DNA from: a virus
Lineage: Duplodnaviria > Caudoviricetes
Virus record (IMG/VR): IMGVR_UViG_3300009103_000026
Span: 1,472-65,471 of that record
Reading direction: 5' to 3' (one strand)
DNA length: 64,000 nucleotides
Part shown: positions 9,301-19,655 of the stretch, piece by piece
How the letters are laid out: each line of letters opens with the position of its first letter
Numbering within the stretch: position 1 is the first letter of the stretch
Translations under genes and position numbers: made by a program
The notes under the pieces: generated by a model
The model's database searches: none
What the model was told of the DNA's origin: nothing
What the model saw: the letters and a program-made list of their open reading frames with translations, nothing else

Positions 9301-12300
9301 TCTATCACAATGCTAGGAGGATGGCTATAGCCCGCTCCCGAGGTAGTTACATGAAGATCAAAAAGTTTCATTTCAACATGGGCAGCAGCACCATCACCCT
9401 CTGGTTCATAATATAGTTGGTTGAAGTGATCTTCATCATAGGCCCCGTCTCCCCATGTCCAGTCTGTAGATTGGACTCCTCCTTGGATATTGGTGCCAGC
9501 TATAGTGCCGGAAGGTATCTTTCCACAATAAGCACCTTGACCACTTTGAGGTACAAACCTGACGCTAGGAGTTTCAAAGAATCCAGAGCCAGCAGCCAAA
9601 TAGGGATAGTATGGATATGTCTCCTTTGAGTTCGTCTTCGGAGGACAGGCATTCTCACCCTGACAGATCCATAAGTCACCTACCTTCTCGCCACCATCAA
9701 ATTCTACAGTATCTAGAGTTCCTAGGGTAGAAACTTTCATAGTACAATATCCGGTAGCTCCATGACCAGCAAGCTCAAGTTCCCCGTGTGAGGGCCCCGG
9801 ATCACTCGCATCCTCCATCGTATGATGCCCCGGCATAAAGTCAGAATCTTGTGTCCCCTCAAAAAAATCATAAACTAAATAAGCCCTGACCCTACAGCCA
9901 GTATCAGGATCTCCAGTATCAAGATGACTATATACCCCCTCGCTTCCGTAAGGGAAATGATCATAATACACTCCAGAACCTAAGCTACTACCATCTGCCC
10001 AGTGCAATATTTCTTCATTTGGTCTTGGCCAATACATTTGTCCGCTGCGACTTAAAAAGTCTCCTACTCCTTCTGAGGCCTCGTCGCCTAATTCTTTACC
10101 AGCCAATGTGTTTAAAGTATTTCTAAAAGGATAGTACTGCGCCCGATGACCAGAGTTCTGATAAGATGTTCCCTCCATTAAATATCCACTCCAGCTATCA
10201 ATATGTATGCCGTCGACAATACCGCTTGGATGCCATCTGTGGGGAGGTTCGTGTCCCGTAGGATTCATATCCCTACACCCAGCCTTGCCCCCTTCATTCC
10301 AATAGCCATTGGTATATGAGCTTTCTACATACCCAGTTCCATCTCCATATACAACCCCTCTTCTTGTTGAGCTGGTTTCGCCAAACGACGAGGAAGCCCC
10401 CTCTGCATGCTGAGGACTAAGCCACTCAGTAAACTTTCTTGACAAGTCTCTTACTCTAGTTATATAAGTTTCTCTGATATCTGACGACATACCAGCCATA
10501 GGAAATTTAGTAAAGTCTTCTGCTATGGTAGCATCGCTTCTGTTTGCGTGAGAATGGTAGCACTGAAGAATAAGTCTGGGAGTTCCTATCCCCCTAGTAA
10601 ATAACTCAGATATTCCTCCGGGACACGGACCCGCACTTGGATGTACCCCAGCCCATTCCCCATTAACCATTTCTCCTTGGTCGCACTGTCCAAATGGTGG
10701 GGGAGGGCCATACCCCCATATTTTTACCCCTGTGTCGGGAGCACATCCAGCAGTCGAGCCTGCAAAATATCCACAGTTTGCGGGATTTCCATCTCCTGTG
10801 TGTCTAATGCAATTATCTCTAGGGTCTGTACAACAGTCTCCCCTTCCGTCATTAGCTCCGGGCTGACTCTCGCCATATTCTCCATCGGGGCAATCGTCTC
10901 CTACGCCCTGCGAGCACCCCCATTGCGCTGATGTCCAGTATCCAGTAATAGCTTCTTCCATGCCGGGAGCCCCTTGCAGCCCTGTCCAAGCGACACACTC
11001 TGGATTCCCGTCCCCATCAAAACAATTCTCACAACCAGTACAATCTAAAAGTAGTCTGCCTCCCTGAACAGGAAGAGTGGGAGAAGACCCCGGCACATGA
11101 GGGTAGTAAGGAGGAGAACCTAATAGTCCTAGTTCGTCAGAAGTAACCTCCGCTCGACATCCCGACCACGCATCAGCATCACAAGTTTTAGAGGTATTCC
11201 TATCTATACCACTACAACATCTTGGAGCATAAGGACCAAACGACCCGTTGGTAATCCATATGCCACCATCGCCAGAACATAATGCTGGAACGTCCGCACC
11301 AACATAGCCAGCTCCATAAGAAGGAGGGTCTGCCGTCGCACCACAGCATTCCCAGTCCCCGGTCTTTGCGGTTCCATCTTCAGTCCAGCTAATACCCATT
11401 GGAACTATAGGACAACAACTACCATCATGAGGATTTTTACCCGTTGAATATATCCACTCCTGACCATTTCCCTCTGGGCACCATCTCCCACCCTGAGAAT
11501 CAGGGGTTATGTGCGAGGGAGGATATGCATCTCCTTCAGTGATCATTCTGTGTGGCCCACAAGGGCCCGCACTAAACTCTTCTCCTGTCGAGATCCATGG
11601 AAGTCCCCCTCTTACATTGTCTGCTACTGGAACATTTTCAGCAAGGTTTGCGTCTCTTGGACGTTGGTCAAATTTCATTTTATGAACTGAGGGTTCTGCT
11701 CCTCCAACTGCCGCAGCCCCTAGTGTCCTAAGAGGCCCTTCCGTCGAAAGATCTGAATAACCCTTCCAAGGGAATGGTGTTCCGGGATTTGTTTCTCCCT
11801 CAGTATTAGAAAATCCTATAACAGTTCCCGCTCCAAACCCTGCTATGAAACTATTTCCTTCTGGAGCGATAAACTCAGGAGTGCTTAAGCAATAACCTGT
11901 CGCACCGGTCGCACTGGGTCCTGCTCCCGGACAACACTGCGCCGTCAAATCGTGTCGCTGCCATTCTCTAGCACCTACTTGGTGAGTAACCCCAGACATA
12001 TGTCCGGTCTCATGAAAATAAGGAGGCAAAGAACAGTGTGATGGCACCCATGTAGGAGCGTGACCGCCTAATGCCAAAACCCTTGGATAGGAGACATGGC
12101 CATTGCCCCACCTTCCGGGCCCAAACCCTATGTCTGGTCCTATGCATATAGTATGAAAGTTTGGATACCAACCTGCTGGACTATCCCCTTCCGCCTCAGC
12201 AACAGTAACGCTGTTCAAATCTCCAGTTCCACTAAGCCCAAGATGATATCTGTATACTATTGGAGGACCGGCACTGGTAAGGGAAATACCAAAGGAAAGA

Positions 12301-13295
12301 GGGACAAGATAACCACTCCCTCCATAAAAATCCCCAACCGGATCTCCGTTTGAATCAACTACTAATCTGCCACTCTCGTCTATCTCAACATATCCAGTAG
12401 CTTGCCACCCATCTTTTATTTCAGTTCTTCCGGGAAGTTTGTAGGCATAGTGTGATTGTGGAGGATCTATGATTAATGGTATTTTGTTGTCGCCAAGGGG
12501 CCGCTCGTCTCCCTGTATTATTCCAGAGCCCCTCGCCGTTGTAAAATCGGCACCTCCGCAGAGTCCGGGAGCAAGTTCTAAGCCTAAAAGAGAATGTCCG
12601 GGCGAAGCATATGTCCATTCGCAGCTTCCCGGCTTATGATAGTCATACGGCGTAGCGGCGGCCCAGTTTTGATTTCTGTCCCCTTCAACATTTCCCGGCC
12701 CATGAGCAAAAGGTATCCCCTCTGCATCATACCCACCCAGAGCTGAAACTCTATCGTGTATTTTTTCACACAGGGTTTGATCTTCAAATAACAAACCGGA
12801 AGATGTATAATTTTCCCATCCGGGAAGATCACTTACTTCTGTCTCGCACCCTCGTCTATCGTTGGTATAGGGAGGGCCTTGATATTTAGTAACCTCATTG
12901 CCATAATCCAATGGCAAGCAAGACATATCTACCAAATCGTCACCAATTTTCCAGTGGGTACATTTCTTAAGGAACGGGGCCAAGGGAACTCCTTCCCCAG
13001 CATTTACATCGGAGTGCGTACCAAAATTCCCCAAGAAACGCACCATGAACGTATCTCCCGGAGGATTGAAAGTTTGTGAATTAGGGGTGCAAGAAGCTAG
13101 GCCCGAAATAGTGGTTGCCCATCCAGCGCTAAGTTGAGATTCATCCCAAGTGGATTCACCTTCACAACAACACCCTTGACATTTGCTACATGTCGCACAA
13201 ACCTCTACCCTAGCCGCACCTTTTACGCGACCTCTGTTGTGAGGGCCATGTCCACCATCTAACCCATGATCTCTTGAACTTCTATGTCCTGCCAT
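6372..13295 (-). CDS. Giant Cys/Gly-rich tail-tip or adhesin-like structural protein with GxGY..P repeats and a C-terminal Cys-cluster (DUF6171-like) domain
   Basis: 2307-aa ORF, last gene of the tail operon. About seven GxG(Y/F)xxxP beta-repeats, many CC/CxxC motifs, and C-terminal CQRCPHF..CSLCGC..KL..ATESCP..W. Confidence 0.6.
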   Translation of the reverse strand: MAGHRSSRDHGLDGGHGPHNRGRVKGAARVEVCATCSKCQGCCCEGESTWDESQLSAGWATTISGLASCTPNSQTFNPPGDTFMVRFLGNFGTHSDVNAGEGVPLAPFLKKCTHWKIGDDLVDMSCLPLDYGNEVTKYQGPPYTNDRRGCETEVSDLPGWENYTSSGLLFEDQTLCEKIHDRVSALGGYDAEGIPFAHGPGNVEGDRNQNWAAATPYDYHKPGSCEWTYASPGHSLLGLELAPGLCGGADFTTARGSGIIQGDERPLGDNKIPLIIDPPQSHYAYKLPGRTEIKDGWQATGYVEIDESGRLVVDSNGDPVGDFYGGSGYLVPLSFGISLTSAGPPIVYRYHLGLSGTGDLNSVTVAEAEGDSPAGWYPNFHTICIGPDIGFGPGRWGNGHVSYPRVLALGGHAPTWVPSHCSLPPYFHETGHMSGVTHQVGAREWQRHDLTAQCCPGAGPSATGATGYCLSTPEFIAPEGNSFIAGFGAGTVIGFSNTEGETNPGTPFPWKGYSDLSTEGPLRTLGAAAVGGAEPSVHKMKFDQRPRDANLAENVPVADNVRGGLPWISTGEEFSAGPCGPHRMITEGDAYPPSHITPDSQGGRWCPEGNGQEWIYSTGKNPHDGSCCPIVPMGISWTEDGTAKTGDWECCGATADPPSYGAGYVGADVPALCSGDGGIWITNGSFGPYAPRCCSGIDRNTSKTCDADAWSGCRAEVTSDELGLLGSPPYYPHVPGSSPTLPVQGGRLLLDCTGCENCFDGDGNPECVAWTGLQGAPGMEEAITGYWTSAQWGCSQGVGDDCPDGEYGESQPGANDGRGDCCTDPRDNCIRHTGDGNPANCGYFAGSTAGCAPDTGVKIWGYGPPPPFGQCDQGEMVNGEWAGVHPSAGPCPGGISELFTRGIGTPRLILQCYHSHANRSDATIAEDFTKFPMAGMSSDIRETYITRVRDLSRKFTEWLSPQHAEGASSSFGETSSTRRGVVYGDGTGYVESSYTNGYWNEGGKAGCRDMNPTGHEPPHRWHPSGIVDGIHIDSWSGYLMEGTSYQNSGHRAQYYPFRNTLNTLAGKELGDEASEGVGDFLSRSGQMYWPRPNEEILHWADGSSLGSGVYYDHFPYGSEGVYSHLDTGDPDTGCRVRAYLVYDFFEGTQDSDFMPGHHTMEDASDPGPSHGELELAGHGATGYCTMKVSTLGTLDTVEFDGGEKVGDLWICQGENACPPKTNSKETYPYYPYLAAGSGFFETPSVRFVPQSGQGAYCGKIPSGTIAGTNIQGGVQSTDWTWGDGAYDEDHFNQLYYEPEGDGAAAHVEMKLFDLHVTTSGAGYSHPPSIVIEAPVSGHRDSNSRECSPTGTSAWGAQAKIENLEGTVVALEVVDGGWGYYMSEGEGPVDGELPDIGIGGPGDKGSIHASFMPADDRPQGAVTGTPVMGVIGVFMCSGGCGYTEDFEVTISGPGEAKGIARVNCGEIIAVDIIDAGDDGEINGMPSIDWSAGEGEHADGIPIIGVKRIVMDEGFAPVGAFYYSEFGEDTDGGCKMDNLEGLGGIGIDGPGGAIGLLNCCGDPEGLGCNDDLDVNQTIISKLRDADIRAVFGSGTISQEMASGITITNHGYGYTSVPRVTMVEYPFCKTNETPAECIAEMTLTKVVLDEEGTGYLLPPEAFFECEGKLEVNPAVTTSAASTAIGKCWPSGFSTGMLEWDRNRALADEYGGTNCAEARWAKQYNDQCETFTIRIEDPGCDPAEEDCELVTVDQKCCHPNGTSLSAGMLGIDRVYVTYGGDSYDEFGRAISYKQPNLSRGISTPVLPYIRFSSQRALKTAPGYGLQDSCSKGGGGDYDPGNAGRLSSEPTPFYYDQDPGSRLNSYCGGHAYVTGVDANGQIPLGTGAIVIDEVGAGYYSAPEVHFVGLNGWRETRCSSNWFYNDPEEQCNAIPLLGTKGQLLYPTGYEHTEMGKWESISAPHPSGSYAWPMGVDNYWARYNAHEVSNSFRQSATKQGPDVPGKLCAVGPDVDSSADYHAHVTEQYERRWLEINVPHASFVTEIGGSKYGLSAVWVCDDFNCEADGDTRNLFYLASGFANEGTCCDLPGSVEVWNPNCACEVKGEGVSGHGLLQASSLKASPVLSSEDWKFLTEHMQEGETRQNKIQRVEYVKRAQKRETRPENPTPLTNGVGMVEIKRNEELVPETKAPSIDKIVPAKDRGRVVDSKEEDIEKMQMEAWEKNKGTRGGFAKQTKRYMNARQKWTQNGKPVRSQERINEIFKTCQRCPHFTGSACSLCGCRITMKGNFMNKLAWATESCPDNPPRWEADVDV

Positions 13296-13307
13296 TTTTA
13301 TTCCCTG

Positions 13308-16300
13308 TTAAGTAAAAGACCCAACGCATGTACTTCCATCTACTCCTGTTGGACAGGTACCGTAGCAACTTGGGGCATATTTCGGCCTAGCATAAGCGTC
13401 GTTGCCTATTCCCCCTAGACCATGATTATCTCCGTGTCCCTGCCCGCCACTCCAAAGAATAGGATCTGTTGGAGTGTTTACAACATCTACTAAGTGCCCA
13501 AAGGCATCAAATTGCAACTCCAAAAAACAAACATGCAAAGACCCGTCGTTACAACACTGAACATCAGTAACAATAGGAACCCATTTTGCTACCCCTCTTT
13601 CTTCGTGGGCTGTGCTAGCCCTAATTGCATCTAACCTTCCTGCTGCGGTGTGTGGATATTCACCACTTCCGGTAGGAGCAATAAAAATACCATTAGCACC
13701 ATTAATATCATATACTATTCTGCCTCCATATCCAGTTGGGCTAATCCCAGACATGCTAGTTGGAAGATCTATCCAATTGCCGTCTTCACCAATTCCGGGG
13801 AACGGATCTCCAATTCTTTTGTAGGGAGCCGAAACTCCGGCAGATACGCTACCGCTACCCAACCATCCTAAAACATCGTTTCCAACCGGAGCAGGGCCTC
13901 CGCTTCCCGGATAAGGATGGTCTGGTTGAGCGGGTCCGTCATCCGATCTTCCCGGCCAATTATAGTAAGAGCCGAAAGGTTCTGTGCCTGCCCTAACGCA
14001 CCTTGCCGCAGCATCATCTCTGGGCCACCTATTCATATGTCCCAAGGGATGATATTCTGAAGTTTGGGTGTCATAATATGCTGTTATAGTTGCCCCAACC
14101 GTAAGCTCTTGAGAAGTATTATTTGCTAATGTAATAGTAGGAGCCGCAATTCCAGATCCGCTAGCATCATAATATGTGTATCCCACACCCTGAGCATCAT
14201 TAGTTAGTGGGTCTACGGGACCATCTCCAGTCATACTCATTAGTGTGGCCCTTGCGGGCATGTCTGGCCTAGCATGCTCAATCATTTTAGCTCTTACAAG
14301 ACCAAAGTTCTGAGGTGCTGTCCAAACGCCCCTGACTCTATCAAACCTAAGATCTATAGGAGCAACTGGCCAAGTATGAGGTTTCTTTAACCAGTCAGGA
14401 TAGAAAGTGTCTTTTAGATTTGCTAGCTTAAAGTCTCCTTCGCTAGCTGATGACTCTATGTCTGCTGCATTGGGAATCGGTTTTCCTTGAGTGTCATAGC
14501 CCCACCCATGAATAATCAGTGGACCTCTAAGACCCAAGGCCCTGACATCGTCAGCATAGGCCCCGTAGCCTTTGCCATCCGCCAAATTACGGTCAGCAAC
14601 TTCCTTCTGCAAACCACCTCCGGGAATTAGTCTTCCGTGAGCAGTAATAAAAATATCATTTCCATCTCCAGAGTGTCTTATGCCTCTGCATGGAGATGTT
14701 GAGCCGCACCCAGTACCCACATCAAAAAGATCAATGGAAGTATGCATGGCAGACCAATCATACTGTTTCATTAATCCTCCGGGATCAAGCTTTGTGCCTG
14801 TCCCAACCCAATTTCGAATATTTATTCCTGTAGGATTTGTTGTAGAGTGTGACTCGTTAGTAAATGGGTTTAAATAACTTAAACTAATTACAGGAGACTG
14901 CCATTCGTGTACCGGTGGGGCAGGAGATATTGAATTGTTAGGAAATCCTTGGTGGCCAAGAGGTGGTCGTGTTTCGACCGAAGGGTAACTTTCTCCGCCT
15001 CCCCCCGTACCAATACCATATTCTGGAATCCCGCTGATTAATAACGGAGAAAGGCCAGATTGTTCAAATGCAACTCTTGGATTATTAAGCCACCACTGGT
15101 GGTTTTGCGCCCCCGTAGGCTCGACAACACCGCCATGAGGTATTCGGGCTTCTAAGCTAGTAAGTATTTTCGTAGGATCTTTGGCCCAAGGCTGCTGATG
15201 ATCTTCGCTACCTCCGGTGCTTCTCCATTCAGCGAAAAAGTTATCATATATACCACTGTTTGCGCCAGACGATGCGGGCCATCGAAAATAAGTTGTTTCG
15301 TCAACTTTCTGATAAGGCCTTTTTATATTTGTGTTATAATATTGTGGAAGGCCTCCGCCCCCACTCATTGAGATAGGTCTCAATAGCCCGTCGTAACTCA
15401 TCACTGCGGAACGAGAATAAGTATTGTAAAGAATCTCGCCAGCATCATTTGTAATATTTGCAAATTCAGCTTGTAGCTCTCCAAAATTATGAGACACAAC
15501 GCTTGAACGCCTATAATTTCCATCTCCTGTCGGGGCAGACAATGTTTGTTTCGTAGGGTCTGTTTTAGACATTTGACCAAAGAGAACGCCTTGTGGGGAA
15601 GTTCTTGATGAAGCTTCATCTGAGGCATCAGGGGTGCGAATGTCCTTAAAGGCTATGTCCATTCCCTGAACACCAACCCTTAAACCTTTTTCAAAAAACT
15701 TCCTAGTGTCTCTTTGCATTTTATGAGACAGGGTAGACATTTGTTTCAGTCTGTCGGCATTTCCCTTTGTAAAAGTTCCAAATTTAGGGCTATATGTCCT
15801 CATTGAATAATTAGTAGTTATACCACCCGGCGAGACCTCAACACCTACACTTGTTATTGGGGGCCCATCTAAGCCACTAGCTGGAAGCCTTAGTCTTTCA
15901 TGGACCTGAAGAACATCCATGCTAAGATTTTGTTTTCTAGCGGGAACAAGCTCCATTTCAAGAGTGCCTCCTCTAGAAATAGCTCCCGGCCCCGGTTCCA
16001 TTATATGATTTCCAGTATCATAATAAAGCCTTTCCTTACTAAAAAGATGTGAGTTCCAGTCATATGGCTCGTGTATGTATCCAGTTTCTGTAAATCTTTT
16101 TAATTTCCACTGCCTGTCTCCATCAATCAAATTACCATTACCATCTCTAATTTTGTCAGTGAGATCAAAGTTAGCAGCATTTAACTCAGTACCAAGAGGC
16201 TGAGTAGGATATCCGGGGATTCTTATGCTTCCAAGCTCACCTTCTGTCATAAAGGTAACGCCCTCAGAAACTTTATACCCACCAGCTATTCTCATGTAAT

Positions 16301-19300
16301 TTATACTGCCGTAGCCCCAAGGATTAAGGCTGTCGTCACTTACCACCTGCATTTTTCCCGGAGGGCCGTGTACATACCAAGGACCGTAAACCATGGTATT
16401 GCTCTTAAGAGGTATCGCCGCACTAAGAGGTGTCAAGCAATCAAAGCTAGCTTTTTGGTAGTGTGTTTGTTTACCTGAAAATTGACTAACTTCCTTTTTG
16501 AAATCTTCTACGCTTTGTTTTCCAAGTATTTTCTTTACTGCCGCCTTAGCTTTAGCTTTTGCTTCATCCGTGGCGCCGGGCCTACTGTGCATTTCGCTAG
16601 CTTCTTGAATCAGCTTCCATTTTACACCAAGCTCTAATCCTCTTATTAGATCGCTAGTTTCTCCAAAATTTTCAAGCTTTTCTATGGGGCCCGGTAAAGT
16701 TATTACAGCCCTAGGACTATACAAAGTACTTCTATTTGTATAAACAAGCTCGTTTTCTAAATTAGCCTTTACATATAGGTACCATAAGTCCTCTGGTACA
16801 ACCGAGTACGATTGTGTATTTACTAAGCCGTCTGTACCCGGAAACGGAATATTGTGATATATCTTAGTTCCCGCCGGAGTAACAAATAGTTCATAGTCTT
16901 CTGGTGAAAGCCCCTCAAGCTTTACATTGGTTGCGTTTAGAAGGCTTCCGTCTGCACCGGTTATGGCTTCTCCAGAAAATTTAACAAAAGGAGTTATCTT
17001 TCCTTCCTCGTCGGAAAAAGTGTCTAAAAATATGCTTGGGTTCATTATGCCTAGAACCCTAGGAGTTTCAGTCCAGCCAGCATCAGTGGGTTCTTCGCTA
17101 GTTATTAACGTCGCTGTATCTTCATCAAATCTTCCGCAGGTAAAAGGCAGCCTAACCATATATTCTTTGCCGTATTTTGCAGCAAATTTCATAATAAATT
17201 TATGAACTATCTTAGCGTCTTTTAACCCGTCCCCTAAGGAGCTAGAATATGCAGAGCCTGTTTTTGTTACGGTCTTCTTTAAATTTTGATTGCCTCCCGC
17301 CGCGCCAAATATTCTTGGTTCGTCATCTGCGCCAGCTTCTTTTTTATCTCTTGCATCCTTAATTGCCTTAGATACTGAAGATATGTTTATATGAGGGGAT
17401 ACATCTAGATAAAATGCCCATGGACTTCTAGACGCATTCAAGAAAGACACCCAAGAATCAAATCCTTTTATTGCGCACTGCATTTCAGACAGACTCAAAA
17501 GTATTGATCTAAATGGCATTCCTCCCGTTGCACCAATAGTACCCCCTCCCAACGGATATGTGGCTGGATCATTTGCTTTTAAAACATTCCATCCGGGACC
17601 TGTTTTTAAGGCCGGGTTAATTTCTGAAATATCTACCTCAATATAATATTCACCCGTAGGCATTGCCCAAGGTATTGAGGTCCAACCGGCAAGCAATGTT
17701 TCTTCGCTATTTTGAGCGATCCACTCCGGTCTTTTTGCCACGACCTTTGAAACTTCGACATCTATTCCATTAGCATCTTTCTCTATAGTTGTTTCGTAAA
17801 CCCATCCTAATCCTGATGTGGCTATTTCTGCCGCAGTTGGAGTCATTTGGGATATCTTGGAAACTTCTCTATGTTCTCCATAACCGGCAGATGTCGATAG
17901 GGTAGGAGGATACAAATGGGGTCCATAGGTATGTCCGACTATAGCATTTCCACTAGGATCTAACCCCCAGTAAGGAGTAATTACATCATCTATAAATTTA
18001 TCAAAAATAGCAGTATATTGATTATCGTCTCCATCTATCGCAACTGATTCCTGAGACCATGCTCTCTCACCAGCAGTTTCATTTGCCTGATAAATCATCT
18101 GAACAGGAGAACCTATAACAAAAGAATTACATATCTCATTTCTTAGTTCTCGGCCTGACGTGTTTTCTATTATTTGATTTTCTGGCTTGTTAACAAAAGT
18201 CTGTATCTGATTCAAGTCAGTAGGCTGAAGGACCCTGCTTACTGTTCTCACTTTGATTACCTTTGCAACCTTATTTTTTTTATAGTCTGTCTCTCCTTCA
18301 AATGTAGATTTTTTAATAGTTACAAGTTCTATATAATAATCACATCCGGCACTTTCACAAACCTGACCGATGGCTTCCAATAAGTTTATATTGGTTCCTC
18401 CCATCCTAAACCAAGGAGGGGTTTCTGGCAGCTCAGTAAAATCTATGTAGTACTCAGAGAAATAAAAGTCTGCTGGGTCTGGCCACTTATTTTGCAATGC
18501 GTCCTGAGTCGTTGGATATCTTTGTTTTAATTTTCTGTCGGGCCTCATCAGACCCCACCCCTCGCTACCCCAGTTAATTTCTTGCCCCTCTTCGCTCAGT
18601 GGACTTACATTGGAGCCTGAAATTATGTTACCGCCTTGGTGTTTTCTAACCCGATCTTTATTCTTGTCTCCTAAGGGAGTTGCTTTAAAAATTAGTCGTG
18701 CATATGGGGACCATGGCCGGAAATCTTTGCCCTGACCATGTGTTGAGCCAGCTCCGTCGTTTTTACGGACAATGGGTACAGAAGATGTTAGTAGTTCTAC
18801 TCCCTCCCTTATACGGTTCCATTGCATGCCATTTTCGTTTATATTAGAACCGCCAAATCCACCCGCAGGGGAACCAAAAACCGTATCATCAACACGATCT
18901 CTAAGGGCCATCGCAGTACCCGGACCATTATCCAAAAAAGGACAGTAGTGGGCAGTTTGACCAAAGTCTTCGCCTAGAGGGTTTTCAGGATTGGGTCTAT
19001 GTGGATCTGGATTTCTAATATTAAATTTTTCCATAAATCCATAGACATTAATCAAATTAAACGTTCCATGAACGCTGCTAGCATAATCCCCGATGATAAG
19101 TTCCGTTCCTTCAAGAACTGCTCTCGGATCAACTATCTTTACGCTGTATGTTGGGTTTCCTCCGGTCCCCTTGCTCTCAGACCAGCTTTGTAGAAGGCCG
19201 CAGAATTCAAAGTCTGCAACTCTAAAATAAACGGCAGAACCAAGAGATGCTGCTTCTGTTCCGTTTTTTCCATAGGTAAAGAATCCGGGATCTGCCTTAA

Positions 19301-19643
19301 CCCAATGCCTTTTTTCTAGATGGGTATCATAATATATTTTTGGATTAGAATAAAGCTTATTTTCAATAATGGTCCCAGAAAGTCCTGCTCCCGGCAATCC
19401 GGGCGGATCAAGAGGAACTGTATATGCGTCTCCATCGTCTCCATAGGCAACAATATCATTACCACTGGAATCCTTCATCGCTTCAACACCACAGTCATCT
19501 TGAACTAAAGTAATAGTTATTTCTGTGGTTTGCTGGTTCCATCCTACTGATGCAGAAAAAGAGGCTATACTACACCCCAAGAACAGGGTCTGATCATATG
19601 GCCCGTCTATATTTTGTGTTAAATTACATTCTGTTGATGCCAT
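13308..19643 (-). CDS. Large tail-tip/baseplate hub-like protein
   Basis: 2111 aa, second gene after the tape measure. The N-terminus (FLGCSIASFSASVGW...ITITLVQD...FCGLLQSW...YSVKIVDPRAVL) is hub-like. Confidence 0.55.
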   Translation of the reverse strand: MASTECNLTQNIDGPYDQTLFLGCSIASFSASVGWNQQTTEITITLVQDDCGVEAMKDSSGNDIVAYGDDGDAYTVPLDPPGLPGAGLSGTIIENKLYSNPKIYYDTHLEKRHWVKADPGFFTYGKNGTEAASLGSAVYFRVADFEFCGLLQSWSESKGTGGNPTYSVKIVDPRAVLEGTELIIGDYASSVHGTFNLINVYGFMEKFNIRNPDPHRPNPENPLGEDFGQTAHYCPFLDNGPGTAMALRDRVDDTVFGSPAGGFGGSNINENGMQWNRIREGVELLTSSVPIVRKNDGAGSTHGQGKDFRPWSPYARLIFKATPLGDKNKDRVRKHQGGNIISGSNVSPLSEEGQEINWGSEGWGLMRPDRKLKQRYPTTQDALQNKWPDPADFYFSEYYIDFTELPETPPWFRMGGTNINLLEAIGQVCESAGCDYYIELVTIKKSTFEGETDYKKNKVAKVIKVRTVSRVLQPTDLNQIQTFVNKPENQIIENTSGRELRNEICNSFVIGSPVQMIYQANETAGERAWSQESVAIDGDDNQYTAIFDKFIDDVITPYWGLDPSGNAIVGHTYGPHLYPPTLSTSAGYGEHREVSKISQMTPTAAEIATSGLGWVYETTIEKDANGIDVEVSKVVAKRPEWIAQNSEETLLAGWTSIPWAMPTGEYYIEVDISEINPALKTGPGWNVLKANDPATYPLGGGTIGATGGMPFRSILLSLSEMQCAIKGFDSWVSFLNASRSPWAFYLDVSPHINISSVSKAIKDARDKKEAGADDEPRIFGAAGGNQNLKKTVTKTGSAYSSSLGDGLKDAKIVHKFIMKFAAKYGKEYMVRLPFTCGRFDEDTATLITSEEPTDAGWTETPRVLGIMNPSIFLDTFSDEEGKITPFVKFSGEAITGADGSLLNATNVKLEGLSPEDYELFVTPAGTKIYHNIPFPGTDGLVNTQSYSVVPEDLWYLYVKANLENELVYTNRSTLYSPRAVITLPGPIEKLENFGETSDLIRGLELGVKWKLIQEASEMHSRPGATDEAKAKAKAAVKKILGKQSVEDFKKEVSQFSGKQTHYQKASFDCLTPLSAAIPLKSNTMVYGPWYVHGPPGKMQVVSDDSLNPWGYGSINYMRIAGGYKVSEGVTFMTEGELGSIRIPGYPTQPLGTELNAANFDLTDKIRDGNGNLIDGDRQWKLKRFTETGYIHEPYDWNSHLFSKERLYYDTGNHIMEPGPGAISRGGTLEMELVPARKQNLSMDVLQVHERLRLPASGLDGPPITSVGVEVSPGGITTNYSMRTYSPKFGTFTKGNADRLKQMSTLSHKMQRDTRKFFEKGLRVGVQGMDIAFKDIRTPDASDEASSRTSPQGVLFGQMSKTDPTKQTLSAPTGDGNYRRSSVVSHNFGELQAEFANITNDAGEILYNTYSRSAVMSYDGLLRPISMSGGGGLPQYYNTNIKRPYQKVDETTYFRWPASSGANSGIYDNFFAEWRSTGGSEDHQQPWAKDPTKILTSLEARIPHGGVVEPTGAQNHQWWLNNPRVAFEQSGLSPLLISGIPEYGIGTGGGGESYPSVETRPPLGHQGFPNNSISPAPPVHEWQSPVISLSYLNPFTNESHSTTNPTGINIRNWVGTGTKLDPGGLMKQYDWSAMHTSIDLFDVGTGCGSTSPCRGIRHSGDGNDIFITAHGRLIPGGGLQKEVADRNLADGKGYGAYADDVRALGLRGPLIIHGWGYDTQGKPIPNAADIESSASEGDFKLANLKDTFYPDWLKKPHTWPVAPIDLRFDRVRGVWTAPQNFGLVRAKMIEHARPDMPARATLMSMTGDGPVDPLTNDAQGVGYTYYDASGSGIAAPTITLANNTSQELTVGATITAYYDTQTSEYHPLGHMNRWPRDDAAARCVRAGTEPFGSYYNWPGRSDDGPAQPDHPYPGSGGPAPVGNDVLGWLGSGSVSAGVSAPYKRIGDPFPGIGEDGNWIDLPTSMSGISPTGYGGRIVYDINGANGIFIAPTGSGEYPHTAAGRLDAIRASTAHEERGVAKWVPIVTDVQCCNDGSLHVCFLELQFDAFGHLVDVVNTPTDPILWSGGQGHGDNHGLGGIGNDAYARPKYAPSCYGTCPTGVDGSTCVGSFT

Positions 19644-19655
19644 TCCTATTGTCCT

